Positions 50,185 through 61,160 of a stretch of 64,000 bases of DNA are shown here, one piece after another (the first letter of the stretch is position 1; every line of letters starts with the position of its first letter). The notes below the pieces were generated by a model. The model ran no database searches, was not told the DNA's origin, and saw only the letters and a program-made list of their open reading frames with translations. Source of the DNA: Azolla caroliniana. Its lineage: Eukaryota > Plantae > Polypodiophyta. The stretch spans positions 21,948,001 through 22,012,000 of the forward strand of contig JBHGNT010000010.1 in NCBI GenBank assembly GCA_043228905.1. The letters run 5' to 3'. A program made the translations under genes and the position numbers.

Positions 50185-53100
50185 ATAGGGCTTTTACAGG
50201 TAGGGGCTGTGATAGCCCGAGCATAAAAGAAAACCCCATAAATAATAATGTAAATAAAGGTATTCCTTGTACAATCTCATCTAATGGTGCTACTTTTATA
50301 CTAAAAGTAAATAATAATAAAATACAAAATGCTTTCGAGTACTTTAAGTGTTTTGGATTAATAGATGATGATGAAGAAATTCAGGATATGTTTAAAGAAT
50401 TAAGTTTTGAAGATACAATAACTCATTTGGAAGCAATGGAAGAAGACAACGAAATCCAAGTTCCTGTCCATTCAATCAAGATGTATGAGGTCATTGAAGA
50501 AGTTGCTCGAGAGGATCATGAAGCACATGTACTAACAAAGTACAAGACAGTGGAGAAGAAGGTTCGTCCTATTGCTGCTCCACTTCCAAGGGATAGTGAA
50601 AAGGCAATCAAAGAAGCAGCCACAGAGCCAATGATCAGAGACCCACGAAAGGTAGGACATGTGTTTACTCCGGAAACAATACAAGGGATGAAAATAGGAG
50701 GGGGTGACTTCCTATTACCCGCTGAAGAAAAGCAATTCAGGGAGATGTTAAAAAGGCATGGAAAGGCGTTTGCATTCCAACCGGAGGAAATAGGGTGTGT
50801 GGATCCAGAAATTGTGGAGCCCATGGTTATATTCACTATCCCTCATATTCCATGGAACTTTAAGCCAATACCCATGCCTAGGGCTAGAATCCCTCAACTA
50901 TTAGAACTTTTGAAAGAAAAGATAAGGATGGGTATCTTGGAACCATCGAACGCTCCTTACTCGAGTCGATGGTTCACTGTGTTAAAGAAAGATGGGCGAC
51001 TCCGATTTATCCAAGATATGCAACCCGTGAATAAGGTAACAATCCGAAACTCGGGAGTAGGGCCAATTGTGGATGAGTTTGCTGAGATGTTTGCAGGAAG
51101 AGCTATATATTCAATGGGAGACCTTTATTCCGGGTATGATCAATTTCAACTTGCTATCAAAAGTTGAGATATAACTTCTATCAAGACACCTATAGGGTTA
51201 GTACGGATGTGCACCTTGCCGCAAGGAGCGACCAACTCAGTGGCGCATATGATGAATGGAATGAACAAGGTACTTCGTGATTTTATTCCTCATATTACAA
51301 TGCCTTTTCTAGATGATGTTCCAATTAAGGGATGCAAGGAGGAAGAGAAGAACGAGGAATTGGACGAAAGTGGTTGCCGTCAATTCGTTGCTGATCATAT
51401 CAAGCATTGTGAGAAGGTGCTATCAAGGATGGAAGAAGTGCATTTGACCTTATCAGGGGCGAAGTCAATATTTGGGGCAAAAGAGATATTAATAGTTGGT
51501 CATATGTGTGGCCCGTATGGGAGAAAGCCATCCCCAACCAAGGTCAATGCAATTCAAAATATGCAAGAGGAATGTACATCCATCTCAGAAGTACGAAGGT
51601 TTCTGGGGGTATGTGTTTTTTACTGTAAATGGATTCCGCATTATGCCCATTTATCTGAACCTTTATATAGACTCCTAAGAAAAGGAGAGACATTTGAATG
51701 GAGTGAAGAGCATTCAGAGGCAATGAAGAAATTGAAGTACTACTTGGCACAAGCTCCACCATTAAAGCAACCAGACTACACCCGGCCCATATATCTCACA
51801 GTAGACTCTAGTCCCATTGGAATTGGATGGGTGATAATCCAACAAGATAGGGAAGAAAGGTATCCAGTCCGATTCGGGGCAAAGGTTCTTAGTGGTCGAC
51901 AAAGAAAATATGCACAGGTGAAAAGAGAGCTATGGGGGATAGTAACAGCTGTAAAGACAGACAGAGATTACTTAATTGGTGCTGAAGTAATAATAGAAAC
52001 AGATTGTTTGCCTATTCTGGGTATCATAGCTAATTGTGATATTCCAGATCAAGCAATGTTAAGATGGTGTATCTATATTAGATCAATCAACCTTGAAGTT
52101 CGACATATCTCTGGGAATAGAAATGCAGTAGCAGATATGTTATCAAGAGCAAGGTATGAGGAAGAGGAGATTCCAGACTCGGACGATGAGGACAAAGAAC
52201 AAACAATCCTTACCACAAGCATTACTCGGGAAGGAGGAATGCAGTTTCTAGAAGAGGAGTATGAAGAAGAATTCAAGGAAATAGGGAAATACCTACAAAC
52301 CCCTGACAAGTACAAAGGTCGATCTGGAAAAGAGTTCGCACAGTTTCGCAAGAAAGCCCATAAGTTCTTCCTGCATGAAGGATATCTATGGCGACATCCG
52401 AAAACCAAGACTGGAAACCCGCAAAGAGTAATAGGTTCTGAAGGGCAAAGAAAGGAGATAATCAGAGAGCTGCATGACAAAGAATGGGTTGGTCATCGAG
52501 GAGTGTGGGCCACTTTCAGTAAGATTAAAGAACGATTTTGGTGGCCTCGATACTATGAGCAAATAAAAAAGTATGTGGAAACTTGTCCCACTTGTCAATA
52601 TTATTCAAATGTAAAATTTTGTGATGAATTACACCCAACATACTCACCGGGGGCGCATTACAAGTGGATGATAGATTTGGTAACAATGCCACTTGGAATA
52701 GGACAAAAGAGATACTTGGTTCTTGCTAGAGAAGATCTAACAAATCAAGTGGAAGGCCGTTCATTGCGAACAAAAGGGACATTAGGAGTATGTCAATTCA
52801 TTTTGGAAGACATTGTTTGTAGATATGGATGTATCGGGAAGATAGTGGCAGATAGGGGAGAACTCAATTCTGCGGAAGCTCAAGATTTTTTTGACAAAAT
52901 AGGAATTCGGCTTTCTTTGACAACGGCGTACAATCCAGAAGCTAATGGAAAGGTAGAAAGGGGACATGGGCCAATAGTCAAAGCTTTGGCAAAGGCATGT
53001 AGAGGAAGGGTCAGTGATTGGCCAAAAACCTTAGCCTATGCACTATGGGCTGATAGGACAACTCACAGCACTGTTACTGGATATATGCCTGCAGAATTAA

Positions 53101-53639
53101 TCACAGGACAGAAGCCAATAATGCCAATTGAAGAAAAGATAACTACATGGGTTGTGTTGCCTTGGGAATTGGAAATGAGTAGGGAAGATTTACTTGCGAT
53201 TCGAATACGACAACTTCAATCAAGGACAGAAGACATAGAAAAAGCAGCTACTAGATTGAAAGAGGCAAGAATCAAGAATAAGGACAGATTTGACAAGATG
53301 AAAAGAATACGACCAAGAAAAGTGCAAGAAGGAGATTGGGTATTAGTATATGATAATAGTCTAGATAATCAATATAGTACTATTCGGAAGTTTTCAAAAA
53401 GATGGTTTGGACCTTATGAAGTTAGGAAAGTAACAGATAAAGCCACATATTTCCTCAATGAATTAGATGGGACAGAAATTCGTATCCCAATTGCAGGAAA
53501 AAGGATTAAAATATTTAAAAGGAGGGAGTCATTAGAGCCCGAATTTTATGAAGAAGTAGAAGAACTAAAAGAATCGGAAGAAGTGTTGGATGAACTCTGC
53601 ACAACCAATGTGCAAGTTCAGAGGGGGTGGGTGTCGTGA
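50175..53639 (+). pseudogene. pol (RT-RNase H-integrase) of Gypsy B, -1 frame, one stop at 51165
   Basis: LPQG, FLDD, RNase H TVDSS / KRELWG, integrase GHRG...CPTC, NGKVERGH, GPY. Confidence 0.92.
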
Positions 53640-54417
53640 AGAATGTGCTTCACGATATAAAAATGAGCTTAAATGTTGTATTTAATAATATTTGAGAGAC
53701 TTGAACCCACATCCTTATATACGATGTACAATGTACATACCACTAGGCTAGGCTATTTATTTGTAAAATGTGTAATAAATGTGCTTCATGATATAAGAAT
53801 GAAGCTATATATTGTATTAAGTAAAATTGAGGGACTTGAACCCTCAACCTTGTATATCAAGCACAAACCATACACCACTAAGCTAGGTTATTTGTTTTAG
53901 GGTTATATTCATCATTATACTTATCCCAATACATGGGAGCTCAAATGAGCATGATGGCTATCATGCATCACATGCAATGCATGTGCGCCAAACGGCGATC
54001 ATGCATCAGATGTAACTCATGCATTACATGCATGACATTACCATATGCATGGAAATACTTATAAAAAGAGAGGAAAGGAAAACAAAAGGGAATCAAGGAA
54101 TCAAGAGAGAGTGAAAAAATAATACACTCAATTGAAGAAGACTAGCTCATTGGGTAGAGAACCTCTCGTTTCGAAGTTGAGGTCGAGGGTTCAAATCACG
54201 GGTCGGTATTGAAAAGATTCATCTTGCGATCAAGGATTGTAAAGTTGGTAAAATAGTATATTTTTAATATACATCATGTTTATATCATATACTCTTGTTC
54301 TTTGAATCATACTTTGTCTCAATCTTCTTTCTAGAATCATACTTTGTCTCAATCTTCTTTCTTGAATCATACATTGTCGCTATCTTTTATCTATGCTCGT
54401 CTCTCTCTCTCTCTCTA

Positions 54418-54517
54418 NNNNNNNNNNNNNNNNNNNNNNNNNNNNNNNNNNNNNNNNNNNNNNNNNNNNNNNNNNNNNNNNNNNNNNNNNNNNNNNNNNN
54501 NNNNNNNNNNNNNNNNN
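54418..54517. other. Assembly gap (100 N)
   Basis: Exactly 100 Ns following a (CT)n tract. Confidence 0.99.
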
Positions 54518-55545
54518 ATTCCCGACCTCCTCCTCGACCGGTCTTTCTCCCCAAGTCGAGAGGGCGTCTCGCTCCACACCCTCTCCCGTGGTACCGTCGT
54601 ACCATTCTTCGGCCTCTGCTTGGGCCATGACCGCCTTGTTCGGAAGACCGACTAGCTCTGAGTCTTCGGAATCCCTCCGCGTGTCGGATCTCTCTTCTTC
54701 TTCAACCATCGCCTTCAGAGCCTCATACGCTTCCCAGACCAAGGCTTCGACATCGAGTTTCGCCGATCCTTCTTATTGCGTGCCCGCTTCGTGCCGTGAT
54801 GACACGTTGTCGTGAAGAAAACCGCCCACAAGAGGAATCGGAGGAACAAGGCGTGGGAGACGGCTCTACGCACACACGCGCCCCAAGAAGTACCTAAGGA
54901 CGAAGTAGGTACATACGAGGATCCTAGGTGGGTAGATTCGGTTGGTATGCAGTTAATGCCAAACGGCCTCTTGACGGGCTATAAAAGGGAAGAGGAAGAA
55001 TAGAAGTGGGTATCTCGCGCGGAGAGGACGAAGTGCTGCCGAACCGATTTCGGAGCTTCTCTCTCACTCCTGCTTTCTCTGTCTTCTGCTCCATCGCGTA
55101 CCAGTGCAGGTTTCGAGGAGGCTTGCGCTGTTCTGTGGAACGCCCCGAGTGTGTCCTGCAGCACCTCCGACCTGTTTTCCCTTCCTGTGCGTCGCGACAT
55201 ACAGGGGTCGGCATCTGTTCGCCGCCCTGTTCGTTTTCGTTAGTATCTATTTCGTGCCCCACCGTGGGTTGTAATACTTTAGTCTGTTATTTTCTTGCAT
55301 TCATAAGTACATATCTTTCGTTGTTGCGTCCATCCGCGTCGGCGTTTATTTGTGATCTCTGTTTGTTGGGCCGTATCCCTGTGCAATCTTCGGTTCTGTG
55401 TAATCGGGTCTCTCTCTCTTACTTCTCTCTCTCTTGCTCTTCGGTTCAAGACCCCCGTGGCCCCTCCTCCTTTCTACACGCAAGGGCGTAGTAACCCCGA
55501 CATCTTGGTGAACCCGACGTGAACGAGGCGGCAGAAGAGCAGAAG

Positions 55546-57672
55546 ATGAGGGGGTCGGATCTCGCAGAGGCCATGGCTTCGGCCGTGGATCGGATTGTAA
55601 ACGCGCGCGAGGGCACCGGTGCCCTCGACAGAGCTATTGAGGCGGTCGTCGGCACGATCGGCCGGTTCGATGGGAAGGATGCCACGAAGTATCTGGCGTC
55701 CTACGGTGCGGAAATGTTAATGCGGGACATTCCGGAAGACAGGCGTCTTGCCGGTTTTCCCCGAGTGGCGATGCCGAGCATCCATGCGGAGGTGCTCGAG
55801 GTGCGGGCGGAGAGCCGTACCTGGGAGGAGTTCGAAGGTCGGCTCCTGGAAAAATACGGACTGGACGACGCGCTCCGGCTTTCGAAGCGAAGCTTCATGG
55901 AGTGGGTGGAGTCTCCCGGGAAAGGAAGAAACGCGTCGGCACTCCTCCGGGAGTTCGAGGAGAACTTCGCGCGCCTTTCGGCGCTTGACAGGATGGTCCT
56001 GGATACAAGCCGGGTCCTGCTGTTCGTCAAATCGGTTGACGAGAGGGATCGGAGTCACGTGGGCGCCCTGCTAGAAACCGAAGACGGGCTGACAGCCGAC
56101 TGGGCGGCGGTCAAGAGAGCCTGCGGCCGTTTCGACAAACGGCGAGAATGGGAGGATGACAGAGCAACCGGGTCGGGCTCAGTCGCGGCGAGGAAACTCG
56201 AGCCGGCGCAGCCGGTGCGAAGGGAAGAGACTCGGGAGTGGCTGGAATCCGGTTCAGCTACGACCGACGTGATCAGAGGCTCGACTGGAGGAGCTGCGTT
56301 GGAGGAACTGACGAGGGCGAAAAAAGACCTCCAAATCGCACAAGCCCGCAGAGAAGGCGGAGGACCTGCTCGTGACCGACGGCCGGCGGCAGGGAACAGG
56401 TGCATGTGGTGCGACGGGGTCGGCCACATCCGAAAAGACTGCGGCGATTTCGCAGAGGCGCTGAGGAACCGGGTGGTGTACCTATGGGAAGGCCGGGTTC
56501 ACGCCAACGACACGAGAAGGGCCCTAAACCGAAACGACGGGCGAGGCGGAATGAAGAGGTTGATGGAAGAGGCGGCGGCCCGACATGCGGAAACCGTCCA
56601 CTACTCGGCGTCGGCCGGTATTCGAGTCGGGGGCAACGAGGCCCGAAGAGGAAGCAAAGCCGGATTCTGGCCGACGGTGCTGGAAGGCCTTGCCGATACG
56701 AGGATGAAGAGGGAGGAATCGGACCGTGCGGAGAAACGGGTACGGGAGATGACCGGGTGGAGCGACCCGGTCGAGGAGAAGACGGGCTTCGTGGAAGCCG
56801 CTTGCCGGAACTACGAGGCTCTGGTAGAAGAGAAGCGGGTGGGGAAACCCGGGACGACCGGGCCCTCACAACGATACGAGACCCGGTCCGGGCCACGACG
56901 GGACGAAGCCGGCGGGGCCGGTACGCAAGATAAACCCCAGAAGGGCGGGTACCGTCTGGGGACGGAGATAGAAAGAACCACGGACTTACGAAAGGTCCTG
57001 GAGGAACGGATCCTCGACAGCAAGGTGGAGCTGTCGCTACGGGAGGTGCTCGGAATCGCGAAGAAAGAGTTCCACGACTCCATCGTGGACTTGGTCAAGC
57101 GGAAGAGGCTGTCGACGGAGGAGGAACCGGAAAGACCGGTAGAGGTGCGGACGGCGCACCTGGACGGCATGGCGCTGGAAGACGAGTGGGCGGAGAGCCA
57201 CTATTCGCGGCCACACTGGGCCCGAGCGACCACGGAAACCCCGGTAAAGATCGGCGATGTCCAGGAACCGGTAGTAGCTTTGGTGGACCACGGATCGGAA
57301 ATCAACCTGATGTCCATGGACTTCTATAAGAAGGGCAAATGGCCGATCAACACCAAGCACGGGTGGAAGATAAGGGCGGCGACGCGCGCCACCGAGGAAC
57401 TTCACGGGGCCTGCCCGAATGTACGGGTCAAGATCGGCGATGTCGAGATAGACCAGCACTTCTTCGTGCAGGAGTCGTCATCGCACCCCGTCATACTGGG
57501 AGAGCCGTACATCACGGCGGCTCGAATGGAGACCAAGGTGCTAGACAACGGTTCGGCCTATGCGCGGGTCAAGAGCCAGGACGGGCGCCATTCGGTCCAG
57601 TTTTTGACGGTTAGGCCGAACCACGAGCGTAACCGCGACTCCCTCGGTTCCGATAACCGAGAGGATTTTTAG
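55546..57672 (+). CDS. Gag-protease polyprotein of Gypsy C
   Basis: First ATG at 55546; FDGKDATKYL gag motif, CMWCDGVGHIRKDC knuckle, aspartic protease ALVDHGSEIN...VILGEP. Confidence 0.92.
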   Translation: MRGSDLAEAMASAVDRIVNAREGTGALDRAIEAVVGTIGRFDGKDATKYLASYGAEMLMRDIPEDRRLAGFPRVAMPSIHAEVLEVRAESRTWEEFEGRLLEKYGLDDALRLSKRSFMEWVESPGKGRNASALLREFEENFARLSALDRMVLDTSRVLLFVKSVDERDRSHVGALLETEDGLTADWAAVKRACGRFDKRREWEDDRATGSGSVAARKLEPAQPVRREETREWLESGSATTDVIRGSTGGAALEELTRAKKDLQIAQARREGGGPARDRRPAAGNRCMWCDGVGHIRKDCGDFAEALRNRVVYLWEGRVHANDTRRALNRNDGRGGMKRLMEEAAARHAETVHYSASAGIRVGGNEARRGSKAGFWPTVLEGLADTRMKREESDRAEKRVREMTGWSDPVEEKTGFVEAACRNYEALVEEKRVGKPGTTGPSQRYETRSGPRRDEAGGAGTQDKPQKGGYRLGTEIERTTDLRKVLEERILDSKVELSLREVLGIAKKEFHDSIVDLVKRKRLSTEEEPERPVEVRTAHLDGMALEDEWAESHYSRPHWARATTETPVKIGDVQEPVVALVDHGSEINLMSMDFYKKGKWPINTKHGWKIRAATRATEELHGACPNVRVKIGDVEIDQHFFVQESSSHPVILGEPYITAARMETKVLDNGSAYARVKSQDGRHSVQFLTVRPNHERNRDSLGSDNREDF

Positions 57673-60600
57673 AGAGGGCTGCCAAGGCGTGGGGCCGCGA
57701 CAGTCCGGACACCCCGGGAAACCCCCACACCTGTACGATAAAACCGAAGGAACCTTGTACCATAGGTAGGGGATTTTTGTTCTCCGACAGCGGAGCGTGT
57801 ACGATAGTCGGCATCGGCGGCCGAGAGAAGACAAAGGCGGAGGGGAGACTTCGAGCGTGCGGAGTTCTCGGCCCTGACGAGGAAATCAACGGAGCCGTGG
57901 AGGCGGTCTCATTCGACGACACCTTGGGAATGCTGGGAAAGGTAGTCGAAGAAGGCCTTAACGAAGACCGGACGATACCGGTGTGTTCCGAGGAGATGTA
58001 CGAAGTCATCGCGGACTTCGGTCGAGGGCTCGAGTCAGTTCGGACGGCCCGCGTAAGCACCAAGTACAAGACTGTGGACCGGAAGGTAAGGCCAGTCGCG
58101 GCACCCTTACCGGAGGACAGCGCGTCGAGAATCAAAAGGGTTGCATCGGACCCTAGTCTACGAGATCCGGCCTGCATAGGGCACACCTTCACCGACGAGA
58201 CGCTCCGAGAGCTCAAAATCGGTGGGGGCGGGTTCCTACTGCCGGCGGAGGAAGACCGGTTTCGGAGAATGCTCGGAAGGCACGGGAAAGCCTTCGCATT
58301 CTCGCCGGAGGAAATCGGGTGCGTTGACCCGACGATCGTGGAGCCGATGGTGGTATTCACGGTACCGCATGTACCATGGAACCTCAAGCCAATCCCGGTT
58401 CCGAGAGCTCACATCCCGAAGTTGATGGAGCTGCTGAGGCAGAAAGTTGATATGGGAATTCTCGAGCCGTCGAGCGCCCCATATTCGAATCGATGGTTTA
58501 CCGTACCGAAGAAAAACGGTTCGTTGCGCTTCATCCAGGACCTGCAGCCGGTCAATCGAGTGACCATTCGGAACGCAGGGATCGGACCGACCGTAGACGA
58601 GTTCGCGGAGGCCTTCGCCGGAAGGTCAATTTACTCGGTCGGGGATCTATACTCAGGGTACGACCAGTTCCAGCTAGCCGTGGAGAGCAGAGACATTACG
58701 ACGATGCGAACTCCCCTCGGCCTAGTTCGGATGTGTACACTGCCGCAAGGAGGGACCAACTCGGTGGCCCACATGGTGAATGCGATGAACAAGGTTCTGA
58801 GGGACTGTATCCCGGACATCACCATGCCGTTTCTGGACGACATCCCGATCAAGGGATGCCCGGTAGAAGAGAAGGACGAGACGATCGGGCCGGACGGATG
58901 CCGGCGATTCGTGGCGACGCACATCGACGACTGCGAGAAGGTGCTGCGAAGGCTAGAGGATGCGAGACTCACCTTCTCCGGGGAGAAGTCGGCCTTCGGG
59001 CAGTCAGAAATCATGGTGGTCGGACACCTGTGCGGACCGTATGGCCGGAAACCGTCTCCGGCAAAGGTAGAAGCCATCTCCGCGATGAAGCCCGACTGCA
59101 GCTCGGTCACGGAAGTACGGAGATTCCTGGGGGCATGCGCGTTCTACCACATATGGATCCCGCATTACGCACACGTCGCGGAGCCACTGTACGGGTTGCT
59201 GAAAAAGGGGCGAAGGTTCGAATGGCTAGACGAGCACGCGGAATCGGTCCGGAAGCTGAAAGAGGCCCTTGCAGCGGCACCGGCACTCCGGAAGGCGGTA
59301 TACGGGAAGGGTACCCCGGTATTCATAACGGTGGATACCAGTCCGACCGGGATCGGATGGGTCGTGAACCAGGAAGACGAGGACGGCAATCGGTTTCCGA
59401 TCCGATTCGGCGCGAAAGTCCTCAGTGAACGGCAGCGAGGATACGCCCAGGTTAAACGCGAACTCTGGGGTATTGTTTCGGCGGTTAAGGCCGACAAAGA
59501 CTACCTGATAGGGACAGAAGTGATCATCGAGACAGATTGCCTGCCGATTCTCGGTATGGTTTCCGGATGCGCGACTCCGGACCTGGCGATGCTCAGGTGG
59601 ATAGCGTACATCAAGTCCCTGGACCCGGAAATACGACACATTTCCGGGAAAGACAACGCCATGGCCGACATGCTTTCGAGGGCGAGGTTCGACGACGAGG
59701 GCGGCATGGTTTCGGAAGACGAAGAAGTCGGCGTGGATTTCTTCGAGGCGGCACACATAACGACCGACGGAATGAGCACTCCGGCGCTTAACGAGTTCGA
59801 CGCGAGCAAGTACGACGGGGAGTGGCTGCAGATCGGCGGGTTTTTGAAGACAATGACGCCTGATGCGTCATGGACGAAGGACGAGGCCAACCGGATCCGG
59901 AAGAAAGCATATCGATTCTTTCTCCGGGATGGCTACCTATGGAAGCACCCGAAGAAGAGGAACGGCGCTCCGCTCCGGGTGGTGGCGATGAAGGAAGAAC
60001 AGGAGGAGCTGCTGACGGCCTACCACGACAGCCCTTGGGCTGGACACCGTGGAACGTGGGCGACATTTGAGAAGCTGAAGGGGAAGTACTGGTGGCCGGG
60101 ATTGTACCGGGACGTGCATCGGTTCGTGTCGACTTGCGAGAGTTGTCAGATGCACTCGATAGTCCGACACCGGGATGGGCTTCGCCCTACGTACCCTCCG
60201 ACTATCCACTTCAAATGGATGGTAGATCTAGTGACGATGCCGATGGGGGTAGGACAGATGCGGTATCTGGTCCTAGCGCGGGAAGACCTGACGAACCAGG
60301 TGGAAGGCCGAGCCCTTCAGAACAAGACGACCGCGGCCGTGTGTCGGTTCCTGATCGAGGACGTGATATGCCGGTACGGGTGCGTCGGGAAGATCGTGGC
60401 TGACCGGGGGGAGTTGGACGCCGAGGAGGCCGCGGAGCTGTTCGATCGGCTGGGAGTCAAACTCTCGCTCACCACTGCGTACAACCCGGAGGCGAATGGA
60501 AAGGTGGAGCGCGGACACGGGCCGATCGTTAAAGCGCTGGTTCGGGCATGCGGGGGCCAAGTCGGTAACTGGCCGCGACTTCTACCTTATGCTTTGTGGG

Positions 60601-61160
60601 CCGACCGGACTACGCACAGTTCGGTAACCGGGTACATGCCGACAGAGCTCATGTTCGGCCAGAAGCCGATCATGCCGGTGGAACAAACAATCTCCTCATG
60701 GGCGACGGTCGACTGGAGGGACGAGATGAGCCGGGAGGACTTGTTGGCAGCGCGTATACGACAACTCGAACGGAGACCGGAGGACGTGGAGACGGCTGCA
60801 GAAAGGATCCGAGTGGCGAGGATAAAGAACAAGGCCAGGTTCGACCGAACGCACCGACTCCGACCGAAGAAGATCGAACAAGGTGACTGGGTGCTCGTCT
60901 ACGACAGCAGCCTCGACAACCAGCACCGATCAACGCGGAAGTTCGCACGGAGATGGTTCGGGCCGTACACGGTACAGAGCGCCAACGACAACGGGACGTA
61001 TCATCTGGCGGAGCTCGACGGTACGAGAATAGCGATACCCGTGGCCGGGAAGAGGATCAAAGCTTTCAAGAAGCGGCACGACGACGAACCCGACCCGATT
61101 CTCCTGGACAGCAGCGACGACCGATCCGAGGCCGAGGAGGGGCCGGCAGGCGAAGAGTAA
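57663..61160 (+). CDS. Pol (RT-RNase H-integrase) of Gypsy C, probably expressed by -1 frameshift
   Basis: The -1 frame is open from the slippery site at 57663 to the stop at 61160. RT LPQG/FLDD, RNase H, HHCC and DDE integrase, GPY; no chromodomain. Confidence 0.93.
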   Translation, partial: GFLERAAKAWGRDSPDTPGNPHTCTIKPKEPCTIGRGFLFSDSGACTIVGIGGREKTKAEGRLRACGVLGPDEEINGAVEAVSFDDTLGMLGKVVEEGLNEDRTIPVCSEEMYEVIADFGRGLESVRTARVSTKYKTVDRKVRPVAAPLPEDSASRIKRVASDPSLRDPACIGHTFTDETLRELKIGGGGFLLPAEEDRFRRMLGRHGKAFAFSPEEIGCVDPTIVEPMVVFTVPHVPWNLKPIPVPRAHIPKLMELLRQKVDMGILEPSSAPYSNRWFTVPKKNGSLRFIQDLQPVNRVTIRNAGIGPTVDEFAEAFAGRSIYSVGDLYSGYDQFQLAVESRDITTMRTPLGLVRMCTLPQGGTNSVAHMVNAMNKVLRDCIPDITMPFLDDIPIKGCPVEEKDETIGPDGCRRFVATHIDDCEKVLRRLEDARLTFSGEKSAFGQSEIMVVGHLCGPYGRKPSPAKVEAISAMKPDCSSVTEVRRFLGACAFYHIWIPHYAHVAEPLYGLLKKGRRFEWLDEHAESVRKLKEALAAAPALRKAVYGKGTPVFITVDTSPTGIGWVVNQEDEDGNRFPIRFGAKVLSERQRGYAQVKRELWGIVSAVKADKDYLIGTEVIIETDCLPILGMVSGCATPDLAMLRWIAYIKSLDPEIRHISGKDNAMADMLSRARFDDEGGMVSEDEEVGVDFFEAAHITTDGMSTPALNEFDASKYDGEWLQIGGFLKTMTPDASWTKDEANRIRKKAYRFFLRDGYLWKHPKKRNGAPLRVVAMKEEQEELLTAYHDSPWAGHRGTWATFEKLKGKYWWPGLYRDVHRFVSTCESCQMHSIVRHRDGLRPTYPPTIHFKWMVDLVTMPMGVGQMRYLVLAREDLTNQVEGRALQNKTTAAVCRFLIEDVICRYGCVGKIVADRGELDAEEAAELFDRLGVKLSLTTAYNPEANGKVERGHGPIVKALVRACGGQVGNWPRLLPYALWADRTTHSSVTGYMPTELMFGQKPIMPVEQTISSWATVDWRDEMSREDLLAARIRQLERRPEDVETAAERIRVARIKNKARFDRTHRLRPKKIEQGDWVLVYDSSLDNQHRSTRKFARRWFGPYTVQSANDNGTYHLAELDGTRIAIPVAGKRIKAFKKRHDDEPDPILLDSSDDRSEAEEGPAGEE

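Larger units (their letters stand above)
47051..54417 (+). mobile_element. Non-chromovirus Gypsy element B (Phygy/Selgy-like), AT-rich; 3' LTR runs into the gap
   Basis: 5' LTR 47051-48030 and 3' LTR from 53632 (about 7 differences over the shared ~785 bp); tRNA-Trp PBS; gag-pro and pol ORFs with a few nonsense mutations. Confidence 0.95.

Noticed and set aside
54295-54815. ORFs spanning the N run
   Set aside because: Artefacts of translating across an assembly gap; the two sides are not demonstrably contiguous.
54812-55491. LTR-encoded ORFs (63, 112 and 161 aa) duplicated at 61222-61916
   Set aside because: Duplicated only because they lie in LTRs; no motif support.
55519-55545. GTG start for gag, and TTG start at 57777 for pol, as given in the ORF track
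   Set aside because: The GTG lies within the PBS and ATG 55546 is more plausible. Pol is better explained by frameshifting.
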